Source: Planctomycetaceae bacterium
Lineage (GTDB): Bacteria; Planctomycetota; Planctomycetia; Gemmatales; Gemmataceae
NCBI GenBank assembly: GCA_013823135.1
Contig: PNLP01000018.1
Coordinates: forward strand, 19,541 to 83,540
DNA: 64,000 nucleotides
Direction: 5' to 3'
How positions within the stretch are numbered: position 1 is the first letter of the stretch; every line of letters starts with the position of its first letter. Both the position numbers and the translations under genes were made by a program. Below, piece after piece: positions 17,364 to 26,508 of this stretch. Under the pieces are notes generated by a model, which saw only the letters and a list, made by a program, of their open reading frames with translations, had not been told where the DNA came from and did not search any database.

Positions 17364-19418
17364 ATGAAGCGCATCTTCTCACTGGCTCTCCTGCTGCTAT
17401 CGACCGCACCCGCGGTCGCGGCAGAGGTGCCCAAGGGCGAACTGCCTAAACCCATGGTCACCGGGTTGGTGAACCCCGAGTCCATCTGCGTCGGCGCCGG
17501 TGGCAAGCTGTTTGTCACTGTGATCGGTGAATTCGGCAAGGATGGCGACGGCTCCGTCGTCGTTATCGAGAACGGCAAAGCCGTTCCGTTCGTCACTGGG
17601 CTCAATGACCCCAAGGGGATCGTCGCATATCAGAAGTTCCTTTACGTGACGGACCTCACCCGCGTCGTGCGTATCGACGCCACCGCGAAGGAACCGAAGG
17701 CCGACATCCTCGCACCAGCGAACGCCTTCCCCGTCGCTCCCCTGTTCCTCAACGACATCGCGGTCGATCCGGAAAGCGGAATGTTGTTCGTCAGCGACTC
17801 GGGCAACCGCGACAAGGACAACCCCGGCCAGGGAGCCGTGTATCGCATAACTCCCAACGGCCTCGTGTCCACGGTGGTCGATGACAAGAAGATCCCCGGC
17901 CTGAAGATCCCCAATGGCGTGCAGATGGACGGCGCATCGCACCTGCTCCTTGCCGACTTCGGTGCCGGTATCCTGTACCGTGTGAAGCTCGCCGATAGCA
18001 GCGTCGAGAAGCTCGCCGAGGGAATGCTCGGTGCCGACGGGATCACGTGGGACCAGTTCGGCCGCCTCTTCATTTCCAGTTGGTTGACCGGAAAGGTCTA
18101 TGGCATCAACCGCCCCGGTGACAAACCCGTCGAGATCGTCAGCGAGGGGTTCAAGTCCGCAGCCGACACGTGCCTCGACCCAACCGGCAAGTTCATCCTC
18201 GTGCCCGACATGAAGGCCGGAACCATCACCGCGATACCCGCCGTGATCCCCGGGTTCGAGGTCGATACCACGCCGGTGGCCATCAAGGCCGAGATCGCGT
18301 TCCCCGATTTGAAGTGGACCGGCTGGAGCGCGGAATCCGCCACCGGCAAGGTCAATGCTCTCCGCCCGATCGTGCTCACTCACCCGAAGGACGGTAGCAA
18401 CCGCATCTTCGTCGCCACGCAACATGGCGTTCTGCACAGCTTCGCGAACGACCCGAAGGCCACGGAAACGAAGGTGCTCCTCGATATTCAGGATCGCGTG
18501 CAGTACGACGACAAGACCAACGAGGAAGGTCTGCTCGGCTTGGCCGTGCACCCGGACTACAAGAAGAATGGCGAAGTGTTCGTCTTTTACACGCCGAAGA
18601 AGGAGCGTACGAGCAACGTCATCTCGCGGTTCCGCCCTTCCAAGGAAGACCCCGCGAAGCTTGATCCGGCTTCGGAAGAAGTGCTGGTGAAGTACACGGG
18701 CCGACCGTTCTGGAACCACGACGGCGGCACCATCGCCTTCGGTCCGGATGGCTTTCTGTACATCGTCCACGGCGACGGCGGCTCGGGGAATGACCCGTTC
18801 GACAACGGCCAGAACCTCAGCAAGCTCTTCGGCAAGATTTTGCGAATCGACGTGAACGCCAAGGATGCCGGCAAGAACTACGCCGTGCCGAAGGACAACC
18901 CTTTCGTTACGACCAAGGACGCACTCCCCGAAATCTGGGCGTACGGACTCCGCAACCCGTGGCGAATCGCCTTCGACCGGAAGGCAGGACAACTGTGGTG
19001 CGGCGACGTGGGCCAGAATCTCTACGAGGAGATCAACCTCATCGAGAAGGGCGGCAACTACGGCTGGAACCGCCGCGAGGGGATGCACCCGTTCGGCGCA
19101 AAGGGTGCAGGGTTGAAGAAGGAGTTTATCGAGCCGATCTGGGAATACAGTCACGACGTGGGCAAGTCGATCACGGGCGGCTCAGTGTATCGCGGGAAGG
19201 CGTTGCCCGAACTCGAAGGCCACTACGTCTACGCTGACTACGTCAGTTCGAAGATCTGGGCGCTGAAGTACGACGAAAAGGCCAAACGGGTGACTGCGAA
19301 CCGCCCGATCCCGGACCCGACGAAGCCAATCCTGTCGTTCGGCGAGGACGAACAGGGCGAACTGTACTTCCTGGTTGTTGCACCAAACGGCCGGGGGATT
19401 TATCGCTTCGTGAAGTGA
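17364..19418 (+). CDS. secreted fusion: N-terminal NHL/SMP-30-like beta-propeller + PQQ-dependent sugar (glucose/sorbosone) dehydrogenase
   Basis: Signal MKRIFSLALLLLSTAPAVAA. The C-terminal half carries HDGGTIAFGPDGFLY, GNDPFDNGQN, GKILRIDVN, WAYGLRNPWRIAFD, GGNYGWN. Confidence 0.8.
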   Translation: MKRIFSLALLLLSTAPAVAAEVPKGELPKPMVTGLVNPESICVGAGGKLFVTVIGEFGKDGDGSVVVIENGKAVPFVTGLNDPKGIVAYQKFLYVTDLTRVVRIDATAKEPKADILAPANAFPVAPLFLNDIAVDPESGMLFVSDSGNRDKDNPGQGAVYRITPNGLVSTVVDDKKIPGLKIPNGVQMDGASHLLLADFGAGILYRVKLADSSVEKLAEGMLGADGITWDQFGRLFISSWLTGKVYGINRPGDKPVEIVSEGFKSAADTCLDPTGKFILVPDMKAGTITAIPAVIPGFEVDTTPVAIKAEIAFPDLKWTGWSAESATGKVNALRPIVLTHPKDGSNRIFVATQHGVLHSFANDPKATETKVLLDIQDRVQYDDKTNEEGLLGLAVHPDYKKNGEVFVFYTPKKERTSNVISRFRPSKEDPAKLDPASEEVLVKYTGRPFWNHDGGTIAFGPDGFLYIVHGDGGSGNDPFDNGQNLSKLFGKILRIDVNAKDAGKNYAVPKDNPFVTTKDALPEIWAYGLRNPWRIAFDRKAGQLWCGDVGQNLYEEINLIEKGGNYGWNRREGMHPFGAKGAGLKKEFIEPIWEYSHDVGKSITGGSVYRGKALPELEGHYVYADYVSSKIWALKYDEKAKRVTANRPIPDPTKPILSFGEDEQGELYFLVVAPNGRGIYRFVK

Positions 19419-19424
19419 TCAGGT

Positions 19425-19500
19425 GGCGAGCGGGGTGGCGTAAGCCCCCCGAGGTATTGCGATACACAAAACTCGGGGGGCTTACGCCGCCCCGCTCGCC
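19425..19500. repeat. GGCGAGCGG-family long hairpin (29-bp stem, 1 mismatch)
   Basis: ggcgagcggggtggcgtaagccccccgag pairs with ctcggggggcttacgccgccccgctcgcc across an 18-nt loop. Lies between the convergent PQQ-dehydrogenase and MCE genes. Confidence 0.85.
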
Positions 19501-19509
19501 GAACATGAA

Positions 19510-21054
19510 TTACCTCGGTGGATATCCCTGCACGGGCGGAGGATTCGGGTTCGCGGGAGGCAGCCAGTTCGGCGAGTTCGCCTGGCGTGCGGCCCCCGCT
19601 GCCGGCGGCCAGTCCGGGCGGTACGCCGGCATTCCCGCACCCGGAGCGTCCTTCAATCCGGAACTCGGGCGAACCGCTCCGCCAACTCCAATCAACTCGG
19701 GTCGCCGGGCGATCTTGTCGGCGAACACTTCCAGGTCGCGAGTGATTTTCTCCGCCTTTGCCATCACGCGGGCCAGCGACCCGGCCGCATCGTCGATGTT
19801 CTGATACACACCCGGGTCGGATAGCAACTTCTGGAGCGAGCCGTTCCCCTTCCCAAAGGTCGCCAGCAACCCCCGGACCTCCACGAGCGCCTTGTTTAGC
19901 TGGTCGGCGGAGTCGGTGACGCCGTTGACCAGCGATTCCGATTTCGCGGCAAGCGGTTTCGTGAATTCCCGGATGTCGGTGACTACGAGCCCCGCCGAAG
20001 ACACGACCGCGTCGATGTTCTTGAGGGACTTCTCGGCCCCTTCAAGGATTGTTGTCAGCACTCCGGTAATGCGCACAATCGAGATGGCCACCGCGTTAGC
20101 ATTCTTGAGCAACTCCGATACCTGCTTGCGGTTCTCGGGGGTCAAGATTTCATTCACATTGTCGAAGGTGGTGCGAGCCGATTTCACGGCACCCACCACG
20201 TCAGGTTCAAGTCGGCGGATCACCGCCCGCATCTCCTCGACGGCTGGCTTGGCGCTGCGTGCAACCTCCTGGATGTCCTTGATGAGTTCCTTGAGGTTCG
20301 CGGTGTCGCCCGGCTGGAGTTTCGGAGCCGGCGGTTGGAGCCCGAGCATCACGGGAACGTCGAGGAAATTCGCGGGGACCACCGCACCGTTGTTTGGCGG
20401 CGGAGCGTCGTTACCGAGCAGGTTTTGAAGCCGGTCAAGGGTCTTCTTGGCTTCGGGGACCAAGCCGCGAACGGCCTTGAACGTCTCGCTGGCTTCGTCG
20501 AGCGCGCGTTCGAGTTTTGGCTGGATGGTTTGGAACTTCTCAAGCCGCTCGAACGCCCTGGCCACCTTGTCGAGAGACTGCTGGGCGTTGGCCAAAATCC
20601 CGGAGGCTGGCGTGAGCAAGCTTCTTGGCGTGATCGGCGGCAAGCCGGCAATGTCTGACCCCGGTGGCCATTCTTCGGCTCGTGGTACGGGTTGGCCGTC
20701 CTCGCCCAGCCGTGGGACAAAGTCAATGGCCGTGTCGCCGCTCAGAAGCCCCTTTGTGATGATGGCGTCTTCAGACTTACGCGGTAGGTAATGCTTATCG
20801 ACCCGAAACTGCACTTTCACTTGCCCGGTATCCGGGTCGAGATCGACCCCCGTAACCTCTCCGATGCGGACGCCGGATTTGCGAATCGGAATTCCGGGCG
20901 CGATCCCGGGAGCTTCGGGGAACAGAACGGCGTAACGAATCTTGGACGAGAACAACTCAGGAGCGCTGCCGAAGAACACGACGAGCCCACCCAGGATGGC
21001 AAGGCCACCCGCCACGAACGCTCCCAGTTTGAGTTGCATCCTCCGGTCGGCCAT
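19510..21054 (-). CDS. MCE/MlaD-family protein with long helical C-terminal extension and Pro-rich tail
   Basis: N-terminal TM, then an MCE domain (YAVLFPEAPGIAPGIPIRKSGVRIGEVTGVDLD...GLLSGDTAIDFVP). About 350 aa of helical sequence follow, then the tail PNWLPPANPNPPPVQGYPPR. ATG 21054 is preferred over GTG 21111. Confidence 0.75.
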   Translation of the reverse strand: MADRRMQLKLGAFVAGGLAILGGLVVFFGSAPELFSSKIRYAVLFPEAPGIAPGIPIRKSGVRIGEVTGVDLDPDTGQVKVQFRVDKHYLPRKSEDAIITKGLLSGDTAIDFVPRLGEDGQPVPRAEEWPPGSDIAGLPPITPRSLLTPASGILANAQQSLDKVARAFERLEKFQTIQPKLERALDEASETFKAVRGLVPEAKKTLDRLQNLLGNDAPPPNNGAVVPANFLDVPVMLGLQPPAPKLQPGDTANLKELIKDIQEVARSAKPAVEEMRAVIRRLEPDVVGAVKSARTTFDNVNEILTPENRKQVSELLKNANAVAISIVRITGVLTTILEGAEKSLKNIDAVVSSAGLVVTDIREFTKPLAAKSESLVNGVTDSADQLNKALVEVRGLLATFGKGNGSLQKLLSDPGVYQNIDDAAGSLARVMAKAEKITRDLEVFADKIARRPELIGVGGAVRPSSGLKDAPGAGMPAYRPDWPPAAGAARQANSPNWLPPANPNPPPVQGYPPR

Positions 21055-21132
21055 CTGTCCATTTCCGATTGGAGACTTGTGATCGAAGCCGGCATTTCCA
21101 TCATCAATCACAAATCTGAAATCCGCAACCTC

Positions 21133-21732
21133 TCACCTGCAATCCCGGATACGGCGGAGGATCTGCTGTTCGAGTGCATAATCCCGGCCGACCCGGTACC
21201 ACCCCGGTGTGGTCGATGCATCGGGACTGACCACGTCGAACTGGCGATCAACCGATGGAGTGTCCTGGAACACGGCCGACGCACCGCGGGCCTGAGCCGG
21301 TTTCGGAAGATCCTCGAGTTCCTTGTATACGACGACGTAGACCAGATACCCGCCGCGTTCGCCGGCACGGATTTCCGCGGTTGCGGTCTGACGAATCGTC
21401 TGGAACGTCGCGAGTAAGCGACCACGAGGCTCGGGGTTGCCCCGTTTCCAGAACTGTTCAAAGCCCGGGGCAATTCGCGGTTTCGAGACGATCCGCCCAT
21501 CGTATGGGTTCGGCGGCAGCAACTCGAAGTATTCGTCGAGCACACTGACCGCCTTTTCGAACACTTCGTGATACGCGGATGCAGTCGGAACCCCCGGTGA
21601 AACCAGTACGGGGTTCTCAACGCCGGCATCGGTGCCGCGAATCAGAGGTGCCGGGTTATCGAGCGGCGGAGCGGTCGCGCACCCTGTGATCAGGGCACAC
21701 ATAATCCACCCATGCCGGAGCCCTGTCCCCAT
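21133..21732 (-). CDS. hypothetical lipoprotein, immediately upstream of the MCE gene
   Basis: ATG 21732 gives MGTGLRHGWIMCALITGC (lipobox). Co-oriented with the MCE gene. No recognised domain. Confidence 0.55.
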   Translation of the reverse strand: MGTGLRHGWIMCALITGCATAPPLDNPAPLIRGTDAGVENPVLVSPGVPTASAYHEVFEKAVSVLDEYFELLPPNPYDGRIVSKPRIAPGFEQFWKRGNPEPRGRLLATFQTIRQTATAEIRAGERGGYLVYVVVYKELEDLPKPAQARGASAVFQDTPSVDRQFDVVSPDASTTPGWYRVGRDYALEQQILRRIRDCR

Positions 21733-21889
21733 GCGGGTGCTCCACGAGAGTCGTAACGGGTCATTGCAAACGAGGTCTATGCCAGCAGCCTGCGTGCGCG
21801 TCAAGTCAGAGAGAAATGGGTTTCCCGGTTGGCGGGCGTCCGCGTAGATTGGAGGGAAGTAGAGCGTTCAGGCAATCCGGAGAATCTCG

Positions 21890-23743
21890 ATGAGCAGGCT
21901 TTTGCTGCTGACCGTACCCGCTGCCCTTCTTTGCGGTTTGGGTTCAATTACCCTTGCAAGCGCGGACGAGGAACCGGTTCAGGATCAGCCAGTCATCATC
22001 CAGCGGCAACCGGTGCGCCCCCGTCCAGGCGTGGGGATCGGTCAACCGGCCGCACCAACGCCCGTGCTATCGGACGATGAGGCCCTCAAGGCTGCCAAGC
22101 TCAGCCCCACGGACGGAAAGCAACTGCTTGAGTACCTGAAGCAGCGAACGCTGTCGGACGTGGATCAGGGAAAAATCCTTCAGATCATCGCCCGGTTCGG
22201 GGCAGACGATTTCGACGACCGTGTGAGAGCATCGGAAGAGGTCGAGGTGTTCGGTCCTGCGGCGATCGGACCACTGAAGAAGGCCGAGCAGGACCGCGAC
22301 CCCGAGGTGGCTTACCGAGCCCGACTTTCGCTCCGAAAGGTTGAGAAGGTGCCGCATTCCGCTGTTGCCGCCGCAGCCGTGCGAGCCGTGGTGAAACTCA
22401 AACCCGATGGGGCGGCTGCGATTCTCATCGCCTTCCTCCCGCTGGCAGATACTGAAGCCGTGGCTGACGCGATCCGTCAGGCTCTCGTCACGCTGGCTGT
22501 GAAAGATGGTAAGGCCGAACCGGCCCTTGTCTCCGCACTGGAAGACAAATCACCGATTCGCCGCACCGCAGCGTATGTCGCGCTCGCCGAGGGGGGGCCA
22601 CAGGGCGAGCGAATTCGCATCAAGGACTCCTATGAGAAGCTGCGCGAGGCGGTTCTCAAGGAGGCTGATGTTGAGGCGAAGTTCATCGGGCTGTGGTCCC
22701 TGGCAATGGTGACCCGTGAGCGAGAGTTCATCGCTTCGCTTGTGGAACTAATCCCGAAACTTGGCCGTGGCCGCATCTGGCAACTCGAAGACCTTCTTCT
22801 CGCACTCGCGGGAACCCATCCGAAGGACGGGCGATTCCTGAAGTCGCCCGAGTCGTTGGCGAAGACTCGCGACGCCTGGTTGGGCTGGTGGAAGGAAAAG
22901 GGCGACAAGATCGACTTCGTCAAGTTCGAGTACAAGCCGCGAGTCACCGGCTTCACGGACATCGTCGAGATGGACAACAGCGGCTTCGGTCAGGGGCGAG
23001 TGATCTCCCTAGGGCCGGACCTCAAGGAGCGATGGCGATTCACGGGCGTGAACAACCCGACCGACGTGAAGGTGGCCCCGAACGGGAACATCTGGGTGGT
23101 GGAGTCGAACAACAACCAGGTGACGGAGCGCGATGCCACAGGCAAGGTTCTCAACCGTCGGAACGCGTTCCAACAACCGTTGAACATCGATCTGCTACCG
23201 GACGGCGGGATGCTCGTGGTGTGCCGGAACAACATCATCCAGTGGGACAAGGACGGCAAGCAAATCTGGGCGTTCGCTCGCCCTTACGACATCATGGCCG
23301 GTTGCCGCCTTCCAAACGGTGAGACGCTGTTCATCACGAACCTGTACCAAGGTCCGGGCAATCCCGGTGGTGCCAACAGCTTCCGGCTCGATGGCAAGGG
23401 TGCGGACACCAAGAAGAACCTCACGTTCGCCTGGATCATGCAAATCCAGTCGATCGGCATTGTCGGCGAGGACAAGGTTCTCATCTCGGAACGCGACAAC
23501 AAGAACCCCGCACAACCAGCAGATCGCATCGCCGAGTACGACCTGAAGACCGGCAAGCAAACGTGGAAGTACGATTGCCCGCGTGAGTCCGGCCCGACCT
23601 CGGCACAACGGCTCGCAAACGGGAACACGCTGATTTGCCTGATGAACCGGAACCAGCTCATTGAGGTGGACCCATCGGGCGAGATCGTGTGGGAGTATCA
23701 AGCGAAGGATGGCCTGCGAGTCGGCCGCGGCTACCGACGGTGA
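21890..23743 (+). CDS. secreted HEAT-repeat + beta-propeller protein
   Basis: Signal MSRLLLLTVPAALLCGLGSITLASA. HEAT-like helices (DDRVRASEEVEVFGPAAIGPLKKAEQDRDPEVAYRA). C-terminal propeller-like blades (NGNIWVVESNNNQVTERD, GEIVWEYQ). Confidence 0.7.
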   Translation: MSRLLLLTVPAALLCGLGSITLASADEEPVQDQPVIIQRQPVRPRPGVGIGQPAAPTPVLSDDEALKAAKLSPTDGKQLLEYLKQRTLSDVDQGKILQIIARFGADDFDDRVRASEEVEVFGPAAIGPLKKAEQDRDPEVAYRARLSLRKVEKVPHSAVAAAAVRAVVKLKPDGAAAILIAFLPLADTEAVADAIRQALVTLAVKDGKAEPALVSALEDKSPIRRTAAYVALAEGGPQGERIRIKDSYEKLREAVLKEADVEAKFIGLWSLAMVTREREFIASLVELIPKLGRGRIWQLEDLLLALAGTHPKDGRFLKSPESLAKTRDAWLGWWKEKGDKIDFVKFEYKPRVTGFTDIVEMDNSGFGQGRVISLGPDLKERWRFTGVNNPTDVKVAPNGNIWVVESNNNQVTERDATGKVLNRRNAFQQPLNIDLLPDGGMLVVCRNNIIQWDKDGKQIWAFARPYDIMAGCRLPNGETLFITNLYQGPGNPGGANSFRLDGKGADTKKNLTFAWIMQIQSIGIVGEDKVLISERDNKNPAQPADRIAEYDLKTGKQTWKYDCPRESGPTSAQRLANGNTLICLMNRNQLIEVDPSGEIVWEYQAKDGLRVGRGYRR

Positions 23744-23762
23744 TTCTGGAGGAATGGCAACC

Positions 23763-23928
23763 AAGCAATGGCACGCGGATCACGCGGATGAACCGCGGAT
23801 GAAGAGGATCAGAGAAGAGAGTGATCCGCAGATTACACAGATGAACACAGATTGGAAAACCAAGACAGAGTCCGCGGTCTTATCCTCTTGATCCGCGTTT
23901 CATCTGCGAGATCCGCGTGCCATTGCTT
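23763..23928. repeat. 166-bp palindromic element (47-nt arms, 43/47 complementary)
   Basis: Left arm 23763-23809 is aagcaatggcacgcggatcacgcggatgaaccgcggatgaagaggat. The reverse complement of 23882-23928 is aagcaatggcacgcggatctcgcagatgaaacgcggatcaagaggat. The 72-nt centre contains acacagatgaacacagatt. It lies between convergent genes. Confidence 0.8.
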
Positions 23929-23974
23929 CGTGACTTCTCGCAACTCCGGTCGGTCACACTCCCGGCTCGCCATC

Positions 23975-25705
23975 TCACTTCCCCGGAACCGCCCATGCCG
24001 ACGTGACGCGGTATACCACCACTCGCAATCGCGGGTAGGCTCGGCCGGCGACCGGGTCCACGCCGCCGTAGAAGTTCGGGATCGTCTGGCCGGCAATCGC
24101 GTCGTCGCACACCACCTCCGAGATCGGTTCCACCGCCCAGACCGGCGGCTTGATGGGAACCGAACCCGCGTGCGGTCGGAAGAACCCATCAGCCGGGTAG
24201 ATCGGCAACACCAGGCGGTCGCCCGGCCGTAGCACTGTCTCGCCCGGCACGAGCAGTTTCATCCCGGCCCGTTCACAGTAGAACTGAAACCCCCAGTGCC
24301 CCACCGACCACACGGTCGAGCCTGCGGGACGATCAGCAGCGACAACTGCGGCAGACTCGGCGCACACCTTCTCGGGCCAGGCGTCGAGCGTGTCAATCGC
24401 AGTCACCGCAACCCCAGCCGCGATCGCGAAACTGGCCACCCATTCCGGTGGTCGCCTGTGAGGGCGGATCCGTTCGACGCGGCCCAGCGTGCGGGCGACG
24501 AGCAACCCGCCGATGACCGTCAACCCGATGACTCGCCGTGCCGCCCCGAACGGCGTCAGGATGAAATACCCTGCTACTTCCAGCAGCACCCAGCCGACGA
24601 CGAACAGAGTGTCGGCGTTCCAGAGTTGTCGCGGCCCATTGCCAGTTCGACGCAAGAGCACGCACGCGCACAGTGCCAACGCAACCAGCGAGAGCGTTCC
24701 GAACGTCTGCCAGAACTTCGGCACCGCGTTCGCGGTCACGCGGTGTGGCAGGAAGACGATGCACAGGAAGCCGGCAGCCCATAGCACAGCGAACGCCAGC
24801 AGAGTGCGACGCGGCACCCCGAGGGTCGCGGCCGCAACGAGCGAAACCCCAATCGCCAGACAGCCGAGATGGCCCACGAGCGGTGGCCACAGTTCTGCCT
24901 TTTCCCGCACGAACGCCCCAAACGCACTTTCTCCGGGATCGGGGAGCGGCTTCTGACCGCTGACGTGATACACGAAGTGCGATTGTCCGTACTTCGCAAC
25001 CAGCAAGGTTTCCCAGCCCGCGAACGCGGCTACGGCAACCCCGACGGCAACGAGCGCAAGCCCCACACGCCGGTGCGTGATGCCGTACCACAGGATTGCG
25101 GGCGGGATGAGTAACGCGGTGTACTTCGTTTGCATCGCGAGGGCCGCGAGCACGCCGGCCACAACGGTCAGTCGCCAGGAACCGCGTTCACCAGCCCGCG
25201 CGAACATGGCCACGCTCGCCAGCCCGAGTGCGAGCGCAGGCACGTCGAGCATCAGGTTCACGGTCGGCAGGATGGCGGGCGACAGCACAATGATTGGCAG
25301 CAGTCGCGACTCGGTGCCGCGTGCGAACCGCCGGAGCAGGTCGCGCACGGACCACGCGAATAGCCACACGAACGGGAACTGCCAGAGCTTCAAGAGGGCA
25401 GGGTACTCCCCGAACAGGCGAATGTTGATCGCCAGCCAGTACGGCACGACCGGCGGCACGAGCACGGTCATCGCGGGTTCGGGTACGGTCCACCAGAACA
25501 TCTCGAAGCCGTAAGGATCGAGCGGGTTCGCGCTGATGTGGCGGGCGTAGGTGATGTAGGCGGTGTCGTCGATGACCACCGGCTTGGCAGCGTTCGCGAG
25601 CGTGACAATTAGCGCGAGAAACCACAACGACTGGAAAATTCCCGACAGCCGACCGGCGTTCGCTGGCAATTCCTGGCGACGGTCCGTCTGGGTATCTTCG
25701 GCCAC
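23975..25705 (-). CDS. GT39/ArnT-PMT-like glycosyltransferase (GT-C fold membrane protein)
   Basis: Polytopic protein. The first loop AAKPVVIDDTAYITYARHISANPLDPYGFEMFWW resembles ArnT/PMT family N-terminal loops. GTG 25705 is chosen because the longest ORF (to 25792) would overlap divergent lipB. Confidence 0.7.
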   Translation of the reverse strand: MAEDTQTDRRQELPANAGRLSGIFQSLWFLALIVTLANAAKPVVIDDTAYITYARHISANPLDPYGFEMFWWTVPEPAMTVLVPPVVPYWLAINIRLFGEYPALLKLWQFPFVWLFAWSVRDLLRRFARGTESRLLPIIVLSPAILPTVNLMLDVPALALGLASVAMFARAGERGSWRLTVVAGVLAALAMQTKYTALLIPPAILWYGITHRRVGLALVAVGVAVAAFAGWETLLVAKYGQSHFVYHVSGQKPLPDPGESAFGAFVREKAELWPPLVGHLGCLAIGVSLVAAATLGVPRRTLLAFAVLWAAGFLCIVFLPHRVTANAVPKFWQTFGTLSLVALALCACVLLRRTGNGPRQLWNADTLFVVGWVLLEVAGYFILTPFGAARRVIGLTVIGGLLVARTLGRVERIRPHRRPPEWVASFAIAAGVAVTAIDTLDAWPEKVCAESAAVVAADRPAGSTVWSVGHWGFQFYCERAGMKLLVPGETVLRPGDRLVLPIYPADGFFRPHAGSVPIKPPVWAVEPISEVVCDDAIAGQTIPNFYGGVDPVAGRAYPRLRVVVYRVTSAWAVPGK

Positions 25706-25761
25706 GCGTGCTAAACTACCATTGAGGAAGTGACGGACTCCACCACACAAGCGGGCGAGCG

Positions 25762-26508
25762 GTGACGGAAAGCCACCCCACAACCGAACCACAGAGGCCG
25801 AGCCGGGCGCTTTCCGCGTACCTGCTCGGCACCCTTGAGTTCGAGTCGCTCCTCGCCTTTCAACGCCGGCTGGTATACGACATCAGCGGCGACCGAACCA
25901 CGGCTGCCTTGATTCTGTGCGACCACCCCGCGGGCATCTCCATTGGCCGCGAGGGGAGCCGTTCGCACGTTCGCCCCAGCCCCGAAGTCTTGAACGCACG
26001 GGGCTGGCCGGTGCGGTGGCTCAGCCGCGGCGGCGGCACGATGCTCCACCTGCCGGGGCAGGTCGCATGTTACCCGATGTTCGCGCTCGACGCCCACGGC
26101 CTGACGCCGGGAGCGTATATGGAGCAACTTCAGGGCGTCGCGGTCGATCTGCTTCGCGAGTACGGCGTGACGGGCGAACCCGACCCCGAACGCCCCGGTG
26201 TGCGGGTCAACGGCCGCCGCGTGGTTCATCTCGGGGTTGCGATTCGCGACAACGTGAGTTGCTTCGGGTTGGTGGTGAACGCCGACCCCGATCTCGAGCT
26301 GTTCCGCGATGTCCGCTGCGACGGCGACACACTGCCGATGACGTCGCTGGCACGCGAGTCTTCGCACCGCGTCCGCGTGACCGGCGTCCGCCAGCGGTTG
26401 TTAGAACTGATCGCTGAACGGTTTGGTTTTGATAGAACGTCCGTCTTCCATACGCACCCTGGGGCGCTTCACCAACGCACACGACATGCTGCCGCTCACC
26501 GTCCTTGA
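25762..26508 (+). CDS. lipB: lipoyl(octanoyl) transferase
   Basis: LLAFQRRLV, LILCDHPAGISIGREG, SRGGGTMLHLPGQVACYP. GTG start. Confidence 0.85.
   Translation: MTESHPTTEPQRPSRALSAYLLGTLEFESLLAFQRRLVYDISGDRTTAALILCDHPAGISIGREGSRSHVRPSPEVLNARGWPVRWLSRGGGTMLHLPGQVACYPMFALDAHGLTPGAYMEQLQGVAVDLLREYGVTGEPDPERPGVRVNGRRVVHLGVAIRDNVSCFGLVVNADPDLELFRDVRCDGDTLPMTSLARESSHRVRVTGVRQRLLELIAERFGFDRTSVFHTHPGALHQRTRHAAAHRP

Noticed and set aside
17397-19154. 585-aa ORF on the minus strand
   Set aside because: It is antisense to the PQQ-dehydrogenase fusion gene and has shadow-frame composition (runs of R, V, D, E, H, G). No motif was recognised.
25706-25792. Longest-ORF start of the GT39-like gene
   Set aside because: It would overlap the divergently transcribed lipB start by 30 nt, and the added residues are not hydrophobic or conserved-looking. 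The internal GTG 25705 is preferred, though it is unverified.
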